A stretch of DNA of 64,000 nt from Chiloscyllium plagiosum (lineage: Eukaryota): contig NC_057749.1 of the NCBI RefSeq assembly GCF_004010195.1, forward strand, positions 8,511,423-8,575,422, in the 5' to 3' direction. Position numbers and translations under genes: made by a program. Numbering within the stretch: the stretch's first letter is position 1; each line of letters starts with the position of its first letter. This document shows, piece after piece, positions 35,490-47,358 of the stretch. The notes beneath the pieces were generated by a model. It was not told the DNA's origin. It saw nothing but the letters and a program-made list of their open reading frames with translations, and ran no database searches.

Positions 35490-36080
35490 TCCCCGGGCAA
35501 TGTCACTAGGCCCCGGAGCCAGCCTCGAGTAGCGGCGCGGGTCATTACAAGGACACGAGGCTGCAGCGGGCGGTGGAGGGAGCCGGCGGCAGGGCAATGG
35601 AGGGAGGGTGGGGGGGGAAGAGGGGTACACAAACCTGCCCCCACCCCCAGGGGGTGGGGGTGGGGGTGGGGGTGGGGAGGGCGACAGACACCGAGGGTGA
35701 GGGGGAATCCGGCCGCTCGCTTTGACCTTACCCGCTGGGTGCCCTCGGCCGGGGGCCGCCGCCGACGCCCTCGCCGTCCGTCTCCAGGCGACCAGGCCGT
35801 TGCCGCTGTACCGGAGCGCAGCTCGGAACATACTGAGACCGACAGTGAGTGTGCGTGCTTGGGAGGGTAGGGGGAGGTTAGAGCCGCCGCTCGGAACCGG
35901 GAGACCAGCAGAAGGAACGCGTGCGCGCCGCCCGGGTCACGTAAACCGTCTGCGCTCTGACGTCAACGCGCACACGCACAGCCCACCACCTCCCCCGCGA
36001 CCAGAGCCGAGCATGCGCTCCTCCTGAAGCGCCCCAGCTGGGCGCCGCCATCTTTGCTCCTGGCCTGCATCGCACCGGGT
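35490..36080 (-). promoter_or_regulatory. COX5A: CpG island and COX5A promoter
   Basis: The only strongly CpG-dense unique region. NRF1-like GCGCACGCG (minus, about 35918-35927) and GCATGCGC (36011-36018); CRE TGACGTCA (35958-35965); YY1 CGCCATCTT (36046-36054); no TATA box seen. Confidence 0.88.
35732..35831 (-). CDS. COX5A: Cytochrome c oxidase subunit 5A, coding exon 1 (mitochondrial presequence MFRAALRYSGNGLVAWRRTARASAAAPGRGHPA)
   Basis: ATG at 35831 within the CpG island; Arg/Ala-rich presequence with no acidic residues; donor G|GTAAGG at 35731; 100 nt (phase 1) joins exon 2 in frame; total CDS 453 nt = 150 aa. Confidence 0.93.
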
Positions 36081-36097
36081 GAGCAGAGTTAAAAATC

Positions 36098-36470
36098 ATT
36101 AGACAACAGGTGCAGGAGTAGGCCATTCTGCCCTTCGAGCCAGCACCACCATTCATTATGACCATGGCTGATCATCCTCAATCAGTATCCTGTTCCTGCC
36201 TGATCCGCATAACCCTTGATTCCACTTCCCTTAAGAGCTCTATCCAACTCTTTCTTGAAAGTATCCAGAGACTTGGCCTCCACTGCCTTCTGGGGCAGAG
36301 CATTCCACACACCCACCACTCTCTGGGTGAAGAAGTTTCTCCCCAGCTCTGTTCTAAGTGGCCTACCCCTTATTTTTAAACTGTGTCCTCTGGTTCGGGA
36401 CTCACCCATCAGCAGAAACATGCTTCCTGCCTCCAAAGTGTCCAAACCTTTAATAATCTTATACATCTCA
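36098..36470 (-). mobile_element. CR1 3' fragment abutting the promoter
   Basis: YKIIKGLD...ESRTRGHSLKIRGRPLRTELGRNFFTQRVV. Confidence 0.85.
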
Positions 36471-36609
36471 CACAACACCAGGTTATACTCTAACAGGTTT
36501 ATTTGGAAGCACTAGCTTTTGGAGCGCTGCTGTGGAGTACACAATTGTAAGACACAGAATTTACAGCAAAGGTTTACAGTGTGATACATTGAAAAGTACC
36601 TTAAGTCCA

Positions 36610-38120
36610 AGTGATACAATCACACAGCACAGAAACGGACCCTTCATTTAAAATATCTTTTAAATGTTGTAACTGTGCCTGCATCCACCACTTCCTCAGA
36701 AAGTACATTCTGCACACAACCACCCCCCCCCCATGCAAAAAAGTTTGCCCCTCATGCCTTATAGAGACAAAAACAACTGCAGATGCTGGATTCCAAGGTA
36801 GTCAGGCAGGAGGCTGGAAGAACACAGTAAGCCAGGCAGCATCAGGGGAGGTGGAGAAGGGTTATACCCGAAACATCAACCTCTCCATCTCCTGATGCTG
36901 CCTGGCTTGCTGTGGTCTTCCACCTCTTGCTTGTCTACCTCATGTCTTATAGTCATAGACTCATACAGCACAGATGCTTTGATCCAATCATTCCATGCCG
37001 AACATAATCCCAAAGTAAAGCAGTCCTGCCTGTCTGCTCATGCCCCATATCCCTCTAAACATGACCTATTCATGGACTTAGAGTCATAGAGATGTACAGC
37101 ATGGAAACAGACCCTTCGGTCCAACCCGTCCATGCCGACCAGATATCCCAACCCAGTCTAGTCCCACCTGCCAGCACCCAGCCCATATCCCTCCAAACCC
37201 TTCCTTTTTATATACCCATCCAAATGCCTCTTAAATGTTGCAATTGTACCAGCCTCTACCACTTCCTCTGGCAACTGATTCCATATACGTACCACCCTTT
37301 GTGTGAAAAAGTTGCCCCTTAGGTCTCTTTTATATCTTTCCCCTCTCACCCTAAACCTATGCCCTCTAGTTCTGGACCGCCCCGACCCCAGGGAAAAGAC
37401 TTTCTCTATTTATCCTGTCCGTGCAATCATGATTTTGTAAACCTCTATAAGGTCACCCCTCAACTTTCGACGCTCCAGGGGAAACAGCCCCAGCCTGTTC
37501 AGCGTCTCCCTATAATTCAAATGTCTTTTAAATTTTGTAACTTGCTCAGAAAGTTCAGTCTATACGTGGACCACCCTCATTAGCCCCTCATGTCTTATAG
37601 TCACAGAATCATACAGCACAGAAACAGATGATTTGGTCCAACCAGTCCATGCCGAACATAATCTCAAACTAAACCAGTCCCACCTGCCCGCTGCTGGCCC
37701 ATGTCCCTTCAAACCTTCCTATTTGTGCACTTTAGAAAGTTGAGGGGAGCTTTAGAAGGTTGAGGAGAGATCTAATAGAAACTTACAAGATAATGCATGG
37801 CTTAGATAGGGTAGACGCTGGGAATTTGTTTCCATCAGACGGGGGTACTAGACCTTTGAGCACAGCCTTAAATCAGAGGGGGTCAATTTAAAACGGAAAT
37901 GAGGTGACAATTCTGTGGAATTCATTGCCATGGAGTGCAGTAAAGGCCGGATGTTAAATGTCTTCAAGCCAACTATTGATAAATTCTTAATCTCGCAAGG
38001 AATTAAGGGATACGGGGAGAGTGAGGGTAAGTGGTGTTGAAATATCCATCAGCCATGATTGATTGGCAGAGTGGATTTGATGCACTTACTTTCACTCCTA
38101 TGTCTCGTGGTCTTATGGTC
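36610..38120. mobile_element. Cluster of nested CR1 3' ends and Penelope-derived tails
   Basis: Minus CR1 37082-37515 (GERYKRDLRGNFFTQRVV), several further CR1 tails, plus-strand CR1 37735-38120, Penelope-type fold-back 36765-36940. Confidence 0.7.
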
Positions 38121-38680
38121 TTACTTACCTAATTGTCTTTTAAACACTGTGATCTTTGAAAAATTGCTATGGTATCTTTCACTCTCATTTGAGAGGGCAG
38201 ACAGGGCCTCAGTTGAGTGTTACAGTCCAGTGATTCATTTAGCATTACAGGCTTTTGGAACACTGCTCCTTTGTCAGGTGAAGAATCATAGAACCTTACA
38301 GTAAAGCACTTCAGCCCATCAAGTCTATGCTAAATCTACACCAGTCCCATTTTCCAGCACTTGGCCCCATAGCCTTGAATGTTATGGCATTTCAAGGGCT
38401 CCTCCATAAAATATAGGAACAGAATTAGGTAATTTGGCTCATTCAATCAGCTCCACTGTTCCAAACACTGTCTAAGCTACGCTCAGCATATGCTGATTGC
38501 AGCACAACTCTTTTTTTTCTCTCTCCACACATGAAGAGTGAACTCACTATCAGTTAATAAAAGCAAAATGCTTCATTATGCTGGCTTGGTGGCTGGTTTA
38601 TGATGCCAAAAGCATGGGTCCAATTCCCACTCCAGTTGAGGTCACCATGAATACCTAACCTGAAGGGATTAGGTAGCTCC

Positions 38681-39290
38681 TTTAGTGATGGGAACCGAGT
38701 GGATCTCATTGACTATGAGATCCTTGTTTGGGGTTGTTAATCTGGGCCAATCAGAGAGCCCCGGCTGACAGATATACACAGGAGACTCAGATTCTTGTAG
38801 GGAGGATGCCATGGCATCAATGTGGATTTCACCAGTTTCCTCATTTCCCCTTCCCCCACCTCATCCCAGCTCCAACCTTCCAGCTCAGCACCGCCCTCAT
38901 GAATCATCCTACCTGCCTATCTTCCTTTACACCTATCCACTCCACCCTCCTCTCTGACCTATCGCCTTCATCCCCACCCCCATTCACCTATTGTACTCTA
39001 TGCTACTTTCTCTCCACCCCCACCCCCCTCTCATTTATCTCTCCATTCTGCAGGCACCCTGCCTCTATTCCTGATGAAGGGCTTTTGCCCGAAACATCGA
39101 TTTTCCTTCTCCTCGGATGCTGCCTGATCTGCTGTGCTTTTCCAGCCCCACTCTAATCTAGACACAGGAGACTCAGAGTCTACTCACTTCAGGGGTTGAG
39201 TCTGAGCTGGCTGACCACAGCCAGTGTATTGTGCACATTTAAATAAAGGTAACTTGATGATGGTATACCAGCCTCTATGCAGTTATTTCA
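38681..39290 (+). mobile_element. Solo LTR (Gypsy-like) interrupted by a Penelope fragment
   Basis: 5-bp TSD GCTCC at 38676-38680 and 39291-39295; ends ...TTATTTCA; internal CCAAT and AATAAA; homologous minus-strand copy at 57266-57473. Confidence 0.72.
38792..39161 (+). mobile_element. Penelope 3' fragment with family A hammerhead motif
   Basis: 16-bp TSD ACACAGGAGACTCAGA at 38776-38791 and 39162-39177; HGINVDF end of GIY-YIG ORF; C-rich UTR; CTGATGA A GGGC TTTT GCCC GAAA CATC at 39071-39098. Confidence 0.85.
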
Positions 39291-39934
39291 GCTCCATTGG
39301 CTGGTCTCTGATGTAGAGTGACAACACCATCAATAGATTTAATTCCCGCACAGGCTGAGGCCACCATGAAGGTTCTGCCTACCCCCACCACCTACTATGG
39401 TGACCCTCATATTAAACCACCATCAGTTGTCTCTCTGCACCTGATGATACAGCAGGCCGACGGTCTGGTAAGACTACAGAAACTCTACTTTTGCTGCACT
39501 GTAGCTATTTTCTCACCTTCTCCACAGGTGTGTGGTAACCTTTCAGAATAGGTCGATTAGGAAAATCTAAAACAAGAAGTCATAGTTTTAGGATGGGGGT
39601 GGGCAGACTTAAAACAGAGGTGAGGAGCAATTACATCTTTTGAAAGATCATGAATCTATGGAATTCACTACCCCCCCGAGTGCAGGAGATGCTGGGACAA
39701 TGAAGAGACTTAAGAATGAGATAATCAGATTTTTTTTAATGAGTAATGAGTTGAAGCGTTATGGGGAGTGGGCAGGAAAGTGGAGTTGGGGCTGAGATGA
39801 GTTCAGCCATCATCGTTTTTAATTGTGGAGCAGGTCCGAGGGGCTGAATCGCCTACTGCTGCTCAGGCTTCTTATGTTTTTATGTTCGGTGTTCCCTAGT
39901 TCTAGTCTTACCTCCCAAAAGGAAACTACATTCC

Positions 39935-40422
39935 ATTATCCGGAGATTCACACGGATGATCCCTGAAATGGTAGGCCTAACATATGATGATTGGATGTGG
40001 ATCCTAGCATTGTATTTTTTAGAGTTTAGAAGTTTGAGGGAAGATCTAATAGAAACTTACAAGATAATGCATGGCTTAGAAAGGGTGGACGCTGGGAAGT
40101 TGTTTCCGTTAGGCAGGGAGACTAGGACCATGGGCACAGTCTTAAAATTAGAGGGGGTCAATTTAGAACAGAAATGAAGAGACATTTCTTCAGCCAGAGT
40201 GTGGTGAGCCTGTGGAATTCATTGCCACGGAGCACAGTGGGAAGTTGAGTGTCTTCAAGGCAGAGATTGATAAAATCTTGATCTTGCAAGGAATTAAGGG
40301 CTGCAAGGAGAGCGCAGGTAAGTGGAATTGAAATGCCCATCAGCCATGATTAAACAGCAGAGTAAACTCAATGGGCTGAATGGCCTTGCTTCCACTCCTA
40401 TGTCTTATGGTTTTATGGTCTT
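39935..40422 (+). mobile_element. CR1 3' fragment
   Basis: FTRMIPEMVGLTYD...LREDLIETYKIMHGLERVD. Confidence 0.8.
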
Positions 40423-40426
40423 ATTA

Positions 40427-41614
40427 TCAGGAATGCAAGGGGGAGTTGAAGTGTTGAGCCACGGGGTGGTTGGGTTGGTTGGTCTGGGTGTCCGAGAGGT
40501 GTTCTCTGAAACGTTCCGCAAGTAGGCGGCCTGTCTCCCCAATATAGAAGAAGCCACATCGAGTGCAGCGGATGCAGTAAATGATGTGTGTGGAGGTGCA
40601 GGTGAATTTGTGGCGGATATGGAAGCATCCCTTGGAGCCTTGGAGGGAAGTAAGGGGGGAGATGTGGGCGCACGTTTTGCATTTCTTGCGGTTGCAGGGG
40701 AAGGTGCCGGGAGTGGAGTTTGGGTAGGTGGGGGGTGTGGACCTGACAAGGGAGTCACGGTGGGAGTGGTCTTTTCGGAACGCTGATAGGGGAGGGGAGG
40801 GAAATATATCCCTAGTGGTGGGGTCTGTTTGGAGGTGGCGGAAATGACGACTGATGATACGATGTACCTGGAGGTTGGTGGGGTGGTAGGTGAGGACCAG
40901 TGGGGTTCTGTCCTGGTGGCGATTGGAGGGGTGGGTCTCATGGGCAGAGGAGTGGGAAGTAGAGGAGATGCGGCAGAGAGCATCGTCGATCACGTCTGGG
41001 GGGAAAATTGCGGTCTTTGAAGAAGGAGGCCATCTGGGTTGTACGGTATTGGAACTGGTCCTCTGGGAGCAGATGCGGCGGAGACGAAGGAATTGGGAAT
41101 ATGAGATGGCGTTTTTACACGGGGCAGGGTGGGAGGAGGTGTAGTCTAGGTAGTTGTGGGAGTCGGTCGGTTTATAGTAAATGTCCGTATTGATTCAGTC
41201 GCCCAAAATAGAAATGGAGAGGTCTAGGAAGGGGAGGGAGGAGTCTGAGACAGTCCAGGTAAATTTAAGGTCGGGGTGGAAGGTGTTGGTAAAGTGGATG
41301 AACTATTCAACCTCCTCGTGGAAGCACGAGGCAGCGCTGATACAGTCATCGATGTAGCGGAGGAAAAGGTGGGGGGTGGTGCCAATGTAGCTGCGGAAGA
41401 TGGACTGTTCCACATATCCTACGAAGAGGCAGGCATAGCTGGGGCCCATGCGGCTGCCCATGGCTACTCCTTTGGTTTGGAGGAAGTGGGAGGATTGGAA
41501 AGAGAAGTTGTTCAGAGTGAGGACCAGTTCAGTCAGTCGAAAGAGGGTGTCAGTGGAAGGGTACTGGTTGGTACAGCGGGAAAGGAAGAAGCGGAGGGCT
41601 TTGAGTCCTTCATG
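40427..41614 (-). mobile_element. Penelope-like retroelement: RT C-terminal half plus GIY-YIG endonuclease (frameshifted)
   Basis: LTLNNFSF...QTKGVAMGSRMGPSYACLFVG...RYIDD; CxxxxCKTC linker; IYCIRCTRCGFFYIGETGRLLAERFREH...HPVAQHF. Confidence 0.93.
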
Positions 41615-41629
41615 GTGTGTCCCATGCAA

Positions 41630-42192
41630 GGACACACATCTCCTTCTGGAATGTGCCTACGCAGAAGAAGTCTGGAGAGGAATGCAGTGGTGTCTGTCGA
41701 GATTCGCCCCGAGCAGCACCGTGACGCGGGACTCCGTGCTCTATGGTCTGTTCCCCAGGGCGCACACCGAGACGATCATCAACTGCGCCTGGAGGATCAT
41801 CAACTCGGTGAAGGACGCTCTCTGGGTGGTCCGAAGCCTGTTGATCTTCCAGCTGAAGGAGTTGACCCCGAATGAGTGTTGCGGACTGGCACATTCCAAG
41901 GTCCAGGACTACGTGTTGAGGGACGCGCTGAAGCTTGGGACAGCTGCCGCCAAGGCGCGGTGGGGAAAGACCACCATGTAACGTCTGCCTGCCTAAGAAG
42001 AATAGGGGGCCCACTCAGTCTTTTGGGCTCTGCTGATGCCTCAGCTAAATATATGGATGGTAAACGTACAGACGTGTATATACAAATGATAAATTCTGAT
42101 CTCTGTATGCAAATGTTTACGTATGTATGGCATGACCAACTGTACAGACCATCAAATTATTTTATGAATAAAGTATATTTTTGGAAAAAAAA
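41630..42192 (+). mobile_element. Tx1/L1-clade LINE 3' end
   Basis: THLLLECAYAEEVW...VLYGLF...VKDALWVVRSLL...AKARW; stop at 41981; AATAAA at 42167-42172; A-tail 42185-42192; high CpG content suggests a young copy. Confidence 0.85.
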
Positions 42193-43339
42193 GTGTTGGC
42201 TGTAATGCGATTACATCACCAACACTTTAAGCGCTGTTTCTAAACCACAGTTTTTCTTTCACACAGGGTTGCCCAAGAGCGTAATCATCACGTTTCTGAA
42301 AAACTGATTATATAACTTAAGGCATGACATTCTGTCAGTAGACAAAAATTGTTCATAATTGCAAGACTTTACTTGATGAAGGGGCAGTGCTATGAAAGCT
42401 TGTGATTTTAAATAAACCTGTTGGACTATAAGCTAATGTCGTGTGACTTCTGACTTTGCCCATCCCTGTCCAACACCGGCACTTCCACATGAAGAAATCT
42501 GAAATAGTAAGCAATTTTTTGGGGGAAGCTATTTCGTTCACATCCTACAGGAGGTGCAAGCGAGCCATTTTGTACAGATACAACATAAAGGACCAAACCA
42601 GTGATGTATTTGACTGCCTCTTAAGTTGTGTTTTTGCCCATTTTCTAGCTCCTTTTCCAAATCTAACATCCTCTGACCTTTCTTTTAAAAAATGTTTAGG
42701 AATATTTCTCTTGAAGATAATTTCCGAATGAACGATCTTATTTGGCAGTGAACTTTAAAAGTTGCACCTTTCTGCAGAACAAATTTTCACAAAGCCACAG
42801 AAAAATTGGAGTCTCGTGTTCAATTACTGTTCAATTATTTTAGCTTTTTTAAAATTTATTGACCTCAATGTAAGTATACTTGTTGCTCAATCGAATGGCC
42901 ACATGAAACATCAACAACTGATTCAATTTCGAGTCAATTTCTCCTCAAATACCGATATCTACCGCAATGTCTGAGTAGTCAGTGTAATAACTACCTGACT
43001 GGCAAAATCCCTCTGTAATTTTAACAAAATTCAAACTTTTCCTTTTTATTTATGAAAAGTATCAGTTTCCTTGGAAATAATTGTCAATGACATCCTTGGC
43101 TTGAGAGTCCTTCCCGCAGTCCTTGACAACAACACAGCAATAGCCTACAACAAGCGGGTAAACACCTCCATTCAAACACCGAACAGGAGTGTGGTACAAT
43201 TGCAACATGCAGTACTCTAAATTGCGGAACATTGTTCCCTGGATCTCAAATCAAGTTAAAGAAATTCAGTGGCCGCCAGGTTTATATGCAGTTTGATCTT
43301 GAAGTATGGCGACGTTTCACATCAATTCAACTGTGCAAA

Positions 43340-44590
43340 ATAAGAGCTCATTGTAGGGAATAGTGTAATATGGTGGATAGAGGGGAAACAGAAAGTCAGT
43401 ATAAATGGGTCACAATTGGAGTTGCAAGATGTGACAAGTGCAGTACTACCAGGAATTAATACTGGGTCTCAAATTTTGACAATTTAAATTCACGGCTTGG
43501 ATGACTGGGCTGAATGTGAGGTGGCAAATTTTGCTGATAACACAAATATAGACAGGTAAGTAAGTTGCAAAGAGTTCATTAGGAATCCACAAAGGGATGT
43601 AGCTAGGTTAAGGGAATGGACAAAAACTTGGCAAATTGTGGATAATGTGGGAAAATGTTAACTTGGCCACTTTGGCAGGAAGAATAGAAAAGCAGTATAT
43701 TATTTAAATGGAGAAAGCTTGCAGGAGTATGAAGTCAGAAGTCATGCGGCACCAGATTATAGTCCAACAGGTTGATTTGAAATCACAAGCTTTCAGAGCA
43801 CTGCCCCTTCATCAGATGATCTGAAGAGAAGACATACAAGCCCAGAATTTATTATCAGAGAGATCAAAAGATCATAGAAATGGTATCTTTTGTTAATTTC
43901 ATTTGATAATGGAGCAGCACTCCAAAAGCTTGTGACTTCAAATAAACTTGTTGGACTATAACCTGGTGTCGTGTGACTTCTGACTTTGTCCACCTCAGTC
44001 CAGTACTGGCACCTCCAAATCATTGCAGAATTATGAAGTACAGAGGGATCTGAGTGTTCTGGTACATGAATCACATGAACTTAGTTTGAAGTTGCAGCAA
44101 ATGATTAGGAAGGCGATTGAAAAGGTATTGTTTACTGCAAGGGGAATAGAACATTACAGTTGAGATATTTTGTGGCAGTTGTACAGACATTGGTGAGACC
44201 ACATCTGAAATACAGTGTATAGTTTTGTCTCCTCATTTAAGAAGCAATGTAATTAATTGAGGACAATTCAAAAAGGTTCACTCGACTCATTCCTGGGATG
44301 AGGAGGCTATCTTATGAGGAAAAGTTGGAGAGGCTTGCCTGTGTCCATCAGTGTTTAGAAGAAGCAGTGATAATCTTGCTGGGCCTTGAGAGGCCTTGAC
44401 AGATTGGATGCTAAAAGGAAGATCCCCCTTTGTGAGGGAGACTAGGATTAGAGGAGACACTTTAAAAATGCAGCATTCCATTTAAGATGTAGATGACAAG
44501 ACTGTTTTTTTCTCAGGGTGTCCTGAATCTTTGGAACTGTTTTCACTAGAGAGGCTGACAAAGATTTTCATGCTAGAGGTAAAGATCTGG
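43340..44590 (+). mobile_element. Old CR1 RT fragment with a nested family B Penelope fold-back (about 43736-44022)
   Basis: VANFADNTNI-like and LVRPHLKY frames; imperfect TSD TGCAG.A.TATGAAGT around the insert. Confidence 0.7.
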
Positions 44591-45385
44591 ACAATATCCA
44601 GATTTGGGCTGATAAGGGGCAAGTAACATTCACACAAAACAAATGCCAGGCTATGACCATCACCAATAGGAGACAATCTAGCCACCGCTCCTTGATATTC
44701 AATGGTGTTACCATCACTGAATCCCCCACTATCAACATCCTAGGGATTACTGTTGATCAGGAACTCAAATGGACTCACCACATAAATATAGTGGCTACAA
44801 GAGTGGGTCGGAGGCTAGGAATACTGCAGCAAGTAACTCACCTCCTGACTCCCCAAAGCCTGTCCACCATCTACAAGGCACAAATCAGGAGTCTGATGGA
44901 ATACTCTCCACTTGCCTGGATGAGTGCAGCTCCAACAACACTCAAGAAGCTTGACACCATCCAGGACAAAGCAGCCTGCTTGATTGGCATCACACCCACA
45001 AGCATCTACTCCCTTGACCTCCGAGACTCAATAGCAGTAGTGTGTACTATCTACAAAATCCACTGCAGAAATTCACCAAAGATCCTCAGACAGCACCTTC
45101 CAACCCCATGACCACTTCCATCTAGAAGGACAAGGGCAGCAGATACATGGGAATACCACCATCTTCAAGTTCCCCTCCAGGCCACACACCATCCTGCCTT
45201 GGAAATATATTGCTGTTCCTTCACTGTCACTGGGTCAAAACCTTGGAAGCCTCACCCTTAGGGCATTGTTGATCAACCAAGAGCAGGTGGACTGTAGCGG
45301 TTCAAGAAGGCAACTCACCACCACCTTCTCAGGGGAAACTAGGGATGGGCAATAAATGCTGGCTTAGGCGATGATGCCCAGAGGA
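44590..45385 (+). mobile_element. CR1/L2-group LINE 3' end (second family), tail shared with the Deu-SINE
   Basis: ILGITVDQELKWTHHI...IYKAQIRSLMEYSPLAW...KLDTIQDKAACLI; tail CTAGGGATGGGCAATAAATGCTGGC. Confidence 0.8.
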
Positions 45386-46279
45386 ATTTTTAAAAGATTC
45401 TTAACAAAGAAGGGAGTCAATGGCTATTAAAGTAAGGCAGGAAAGTAGAGCTCAAATCACATTCAGAACGGCCATGATCATAATGAATGGTGTAGCAGGC
45501 TTGAGGGGATGAATGGCCTGCACCTACTTGTCGAGCAAGTGAGGACTGCAGATGCTGGAGAGTCAGAGTCGAAAAGTGTGGCACTGGAAAAGCACAGCAG
45601 CTCAAGCAGCAGCCGAGGAGCAGGAGCATTTACATTTTAGGTATAAGCCCTTCAGTTTGTACATGAGCATTCATATATATTACCTTTGCCTAGTGCTTGA
45701 ACAATTATAGCCTGTTTCTCTTATGAAGTCATAGTTAAAATTATAAGTTGACTTTTTTTAGAAGTGGCATTAAATTCCCACTTTACAGTGCTACTCTCTT
45801 GTTAAAGGATTGAATAAGTCCAACTACTTCTGTACACGAAAGAGTTTTATGTTATTAGAAGACAGCTGTAAACTGATGCCATTAATGACCAGCAGAGAAT
45901 TGTATTTTAATGAATGGCTGGAGGATGCTTTTATTTTTGACCCCAGATACAATAACCATGTTGTTAATCATTGCACGTCTAAAAGGCATACTTATCCAGA
46001 CTTTCATCACTGAGATGTTGCCTGGCCTGGAGAGTGTTAGTTATGAAGAGAGATTGGGTAGACTGGAATTGTTTTCCTACGGGCAGGGCAGACTGAGGGG
46101 GATCGTGATTGAGATGTGTAAAGTTATGAGGGGCATACATAGAGGAGAAAGCAGAAACTTTTCTCCTTGATGGAAGGCTCAATGACCAGTGGGTGTAGAT
46201 TTAAGGTGAGGGCAGAAATTTCAAGGGGAGTGTGAGAATCTTTATTTCACCCAAAGTGTGTGGGAATTTGGAACATGCT

Positions 46280-46798
46280 GGCTAAAGGAATTCAGCATGT
46301 GCAAACAGACTCTTACCAAGTTTTACAGATGCACCATGGAAAGCATCATGGCTTGTTACGGCAACTGCTCTACCCAGGACTGTAAGAAATTTCAGAGAAT
46401 TGGGAACACAGCCCAGTTCATCACACAAACCAATCTTTCATCCACTGACTCCATTTATACTTCCCACTGTCTCGGGAAGGCAGCCAACATCATCAAAGAC
46501 CCCTCCCACCCCGGTTATAGTCTCTTCCAACCTCTTCCATCAGGCAGACGATACAAAACCTTACATACACGGACCAACAGATTTAAGAACAGCTTCTTGC
46601 CCGCTGTTATTAGACTTCTAAATGGACCTTTTATCAAATTTTAAATTCAATGTTGATTGCGCTCTCTGTACACCTTCTCTGCATCCGGAACATTATATTC
46701 CTCTCTCTGTTCTATTACCTTAACGCACTTTGTATGGTATGATCTGTTTGCACTGCACACAAAACAAAACTTTTCCAATAACAATAACAAATCAAATG
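46280..46798 (+). mobile_element. Rex1/Babar-clade LINE 3' end nested in a CR1 fragment (46000-46920)
   Basis: FYRCTMESI...KAANIIKDPSHPG..LFQPLPSGRRY...TNRFKNSFLP.VIRLLN. Confidence 0.85.
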
Positions 46799-47358
46799 AA
46801 AAATAATGGTGGTAGAGGCAGAAACACTCATAACATTCAAAAAACATTTAGATGAACACATATGATGCCAAGGCATACAAGACAATGAGCCAACTGCTGG
46901 AAAATGAGATTAGAATGGTACACAGAACAGAACAGCACAACACAGGCCCTTCAGCCCATGATGTTGTGCTGAGCATTTAGCTTAATCTAAGATCAATCTA
47001 ACCTACACATCCCCCAATTTACTGCTGTCCATGTACTTGCCCAGCAGTCGCTTAAATGTCCCTAATGTCTCGACTCTGGCAGTGCATTCCACACACCCAC
47101 CACTGTCTGCGTAAAGAACCTACCTCTGACATCTCCCTGATACCACCCTCACCCTAACCTTCTGAAGTCCAGCTAGGGATGGGCAATAAATGCTGGCCCA
47201 GCTAGCAACATCCCAGAAATGAACTTTAAAAATTACCATATTTGCATTTAGTAAAAGTTCCATTTCAGATTTCCTGATTTCAGACAAAACTAGGTCTTCA
47301 GTTGACTATTTGCATTCTTCGGAGTATCAGGAGGCAGGGCATTTGCTCGTTTATTTCA

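Noticed and set aside
35112..35831. 239-aa proline-rich ORF
   Set aside because: Only the first 33 codons are COX5A exon 1; the rest reads through a GC-rich intron and the N gap.
35878..36165. ORF containing AAGATGGCGGCG (MAAPSW...) as an alternative start or divergent gene
   Set aside because: Better explained as a YY1 motif. It ends at a stop before the COX5A ATG, has no recognisable product, and its 5' part is CR1.
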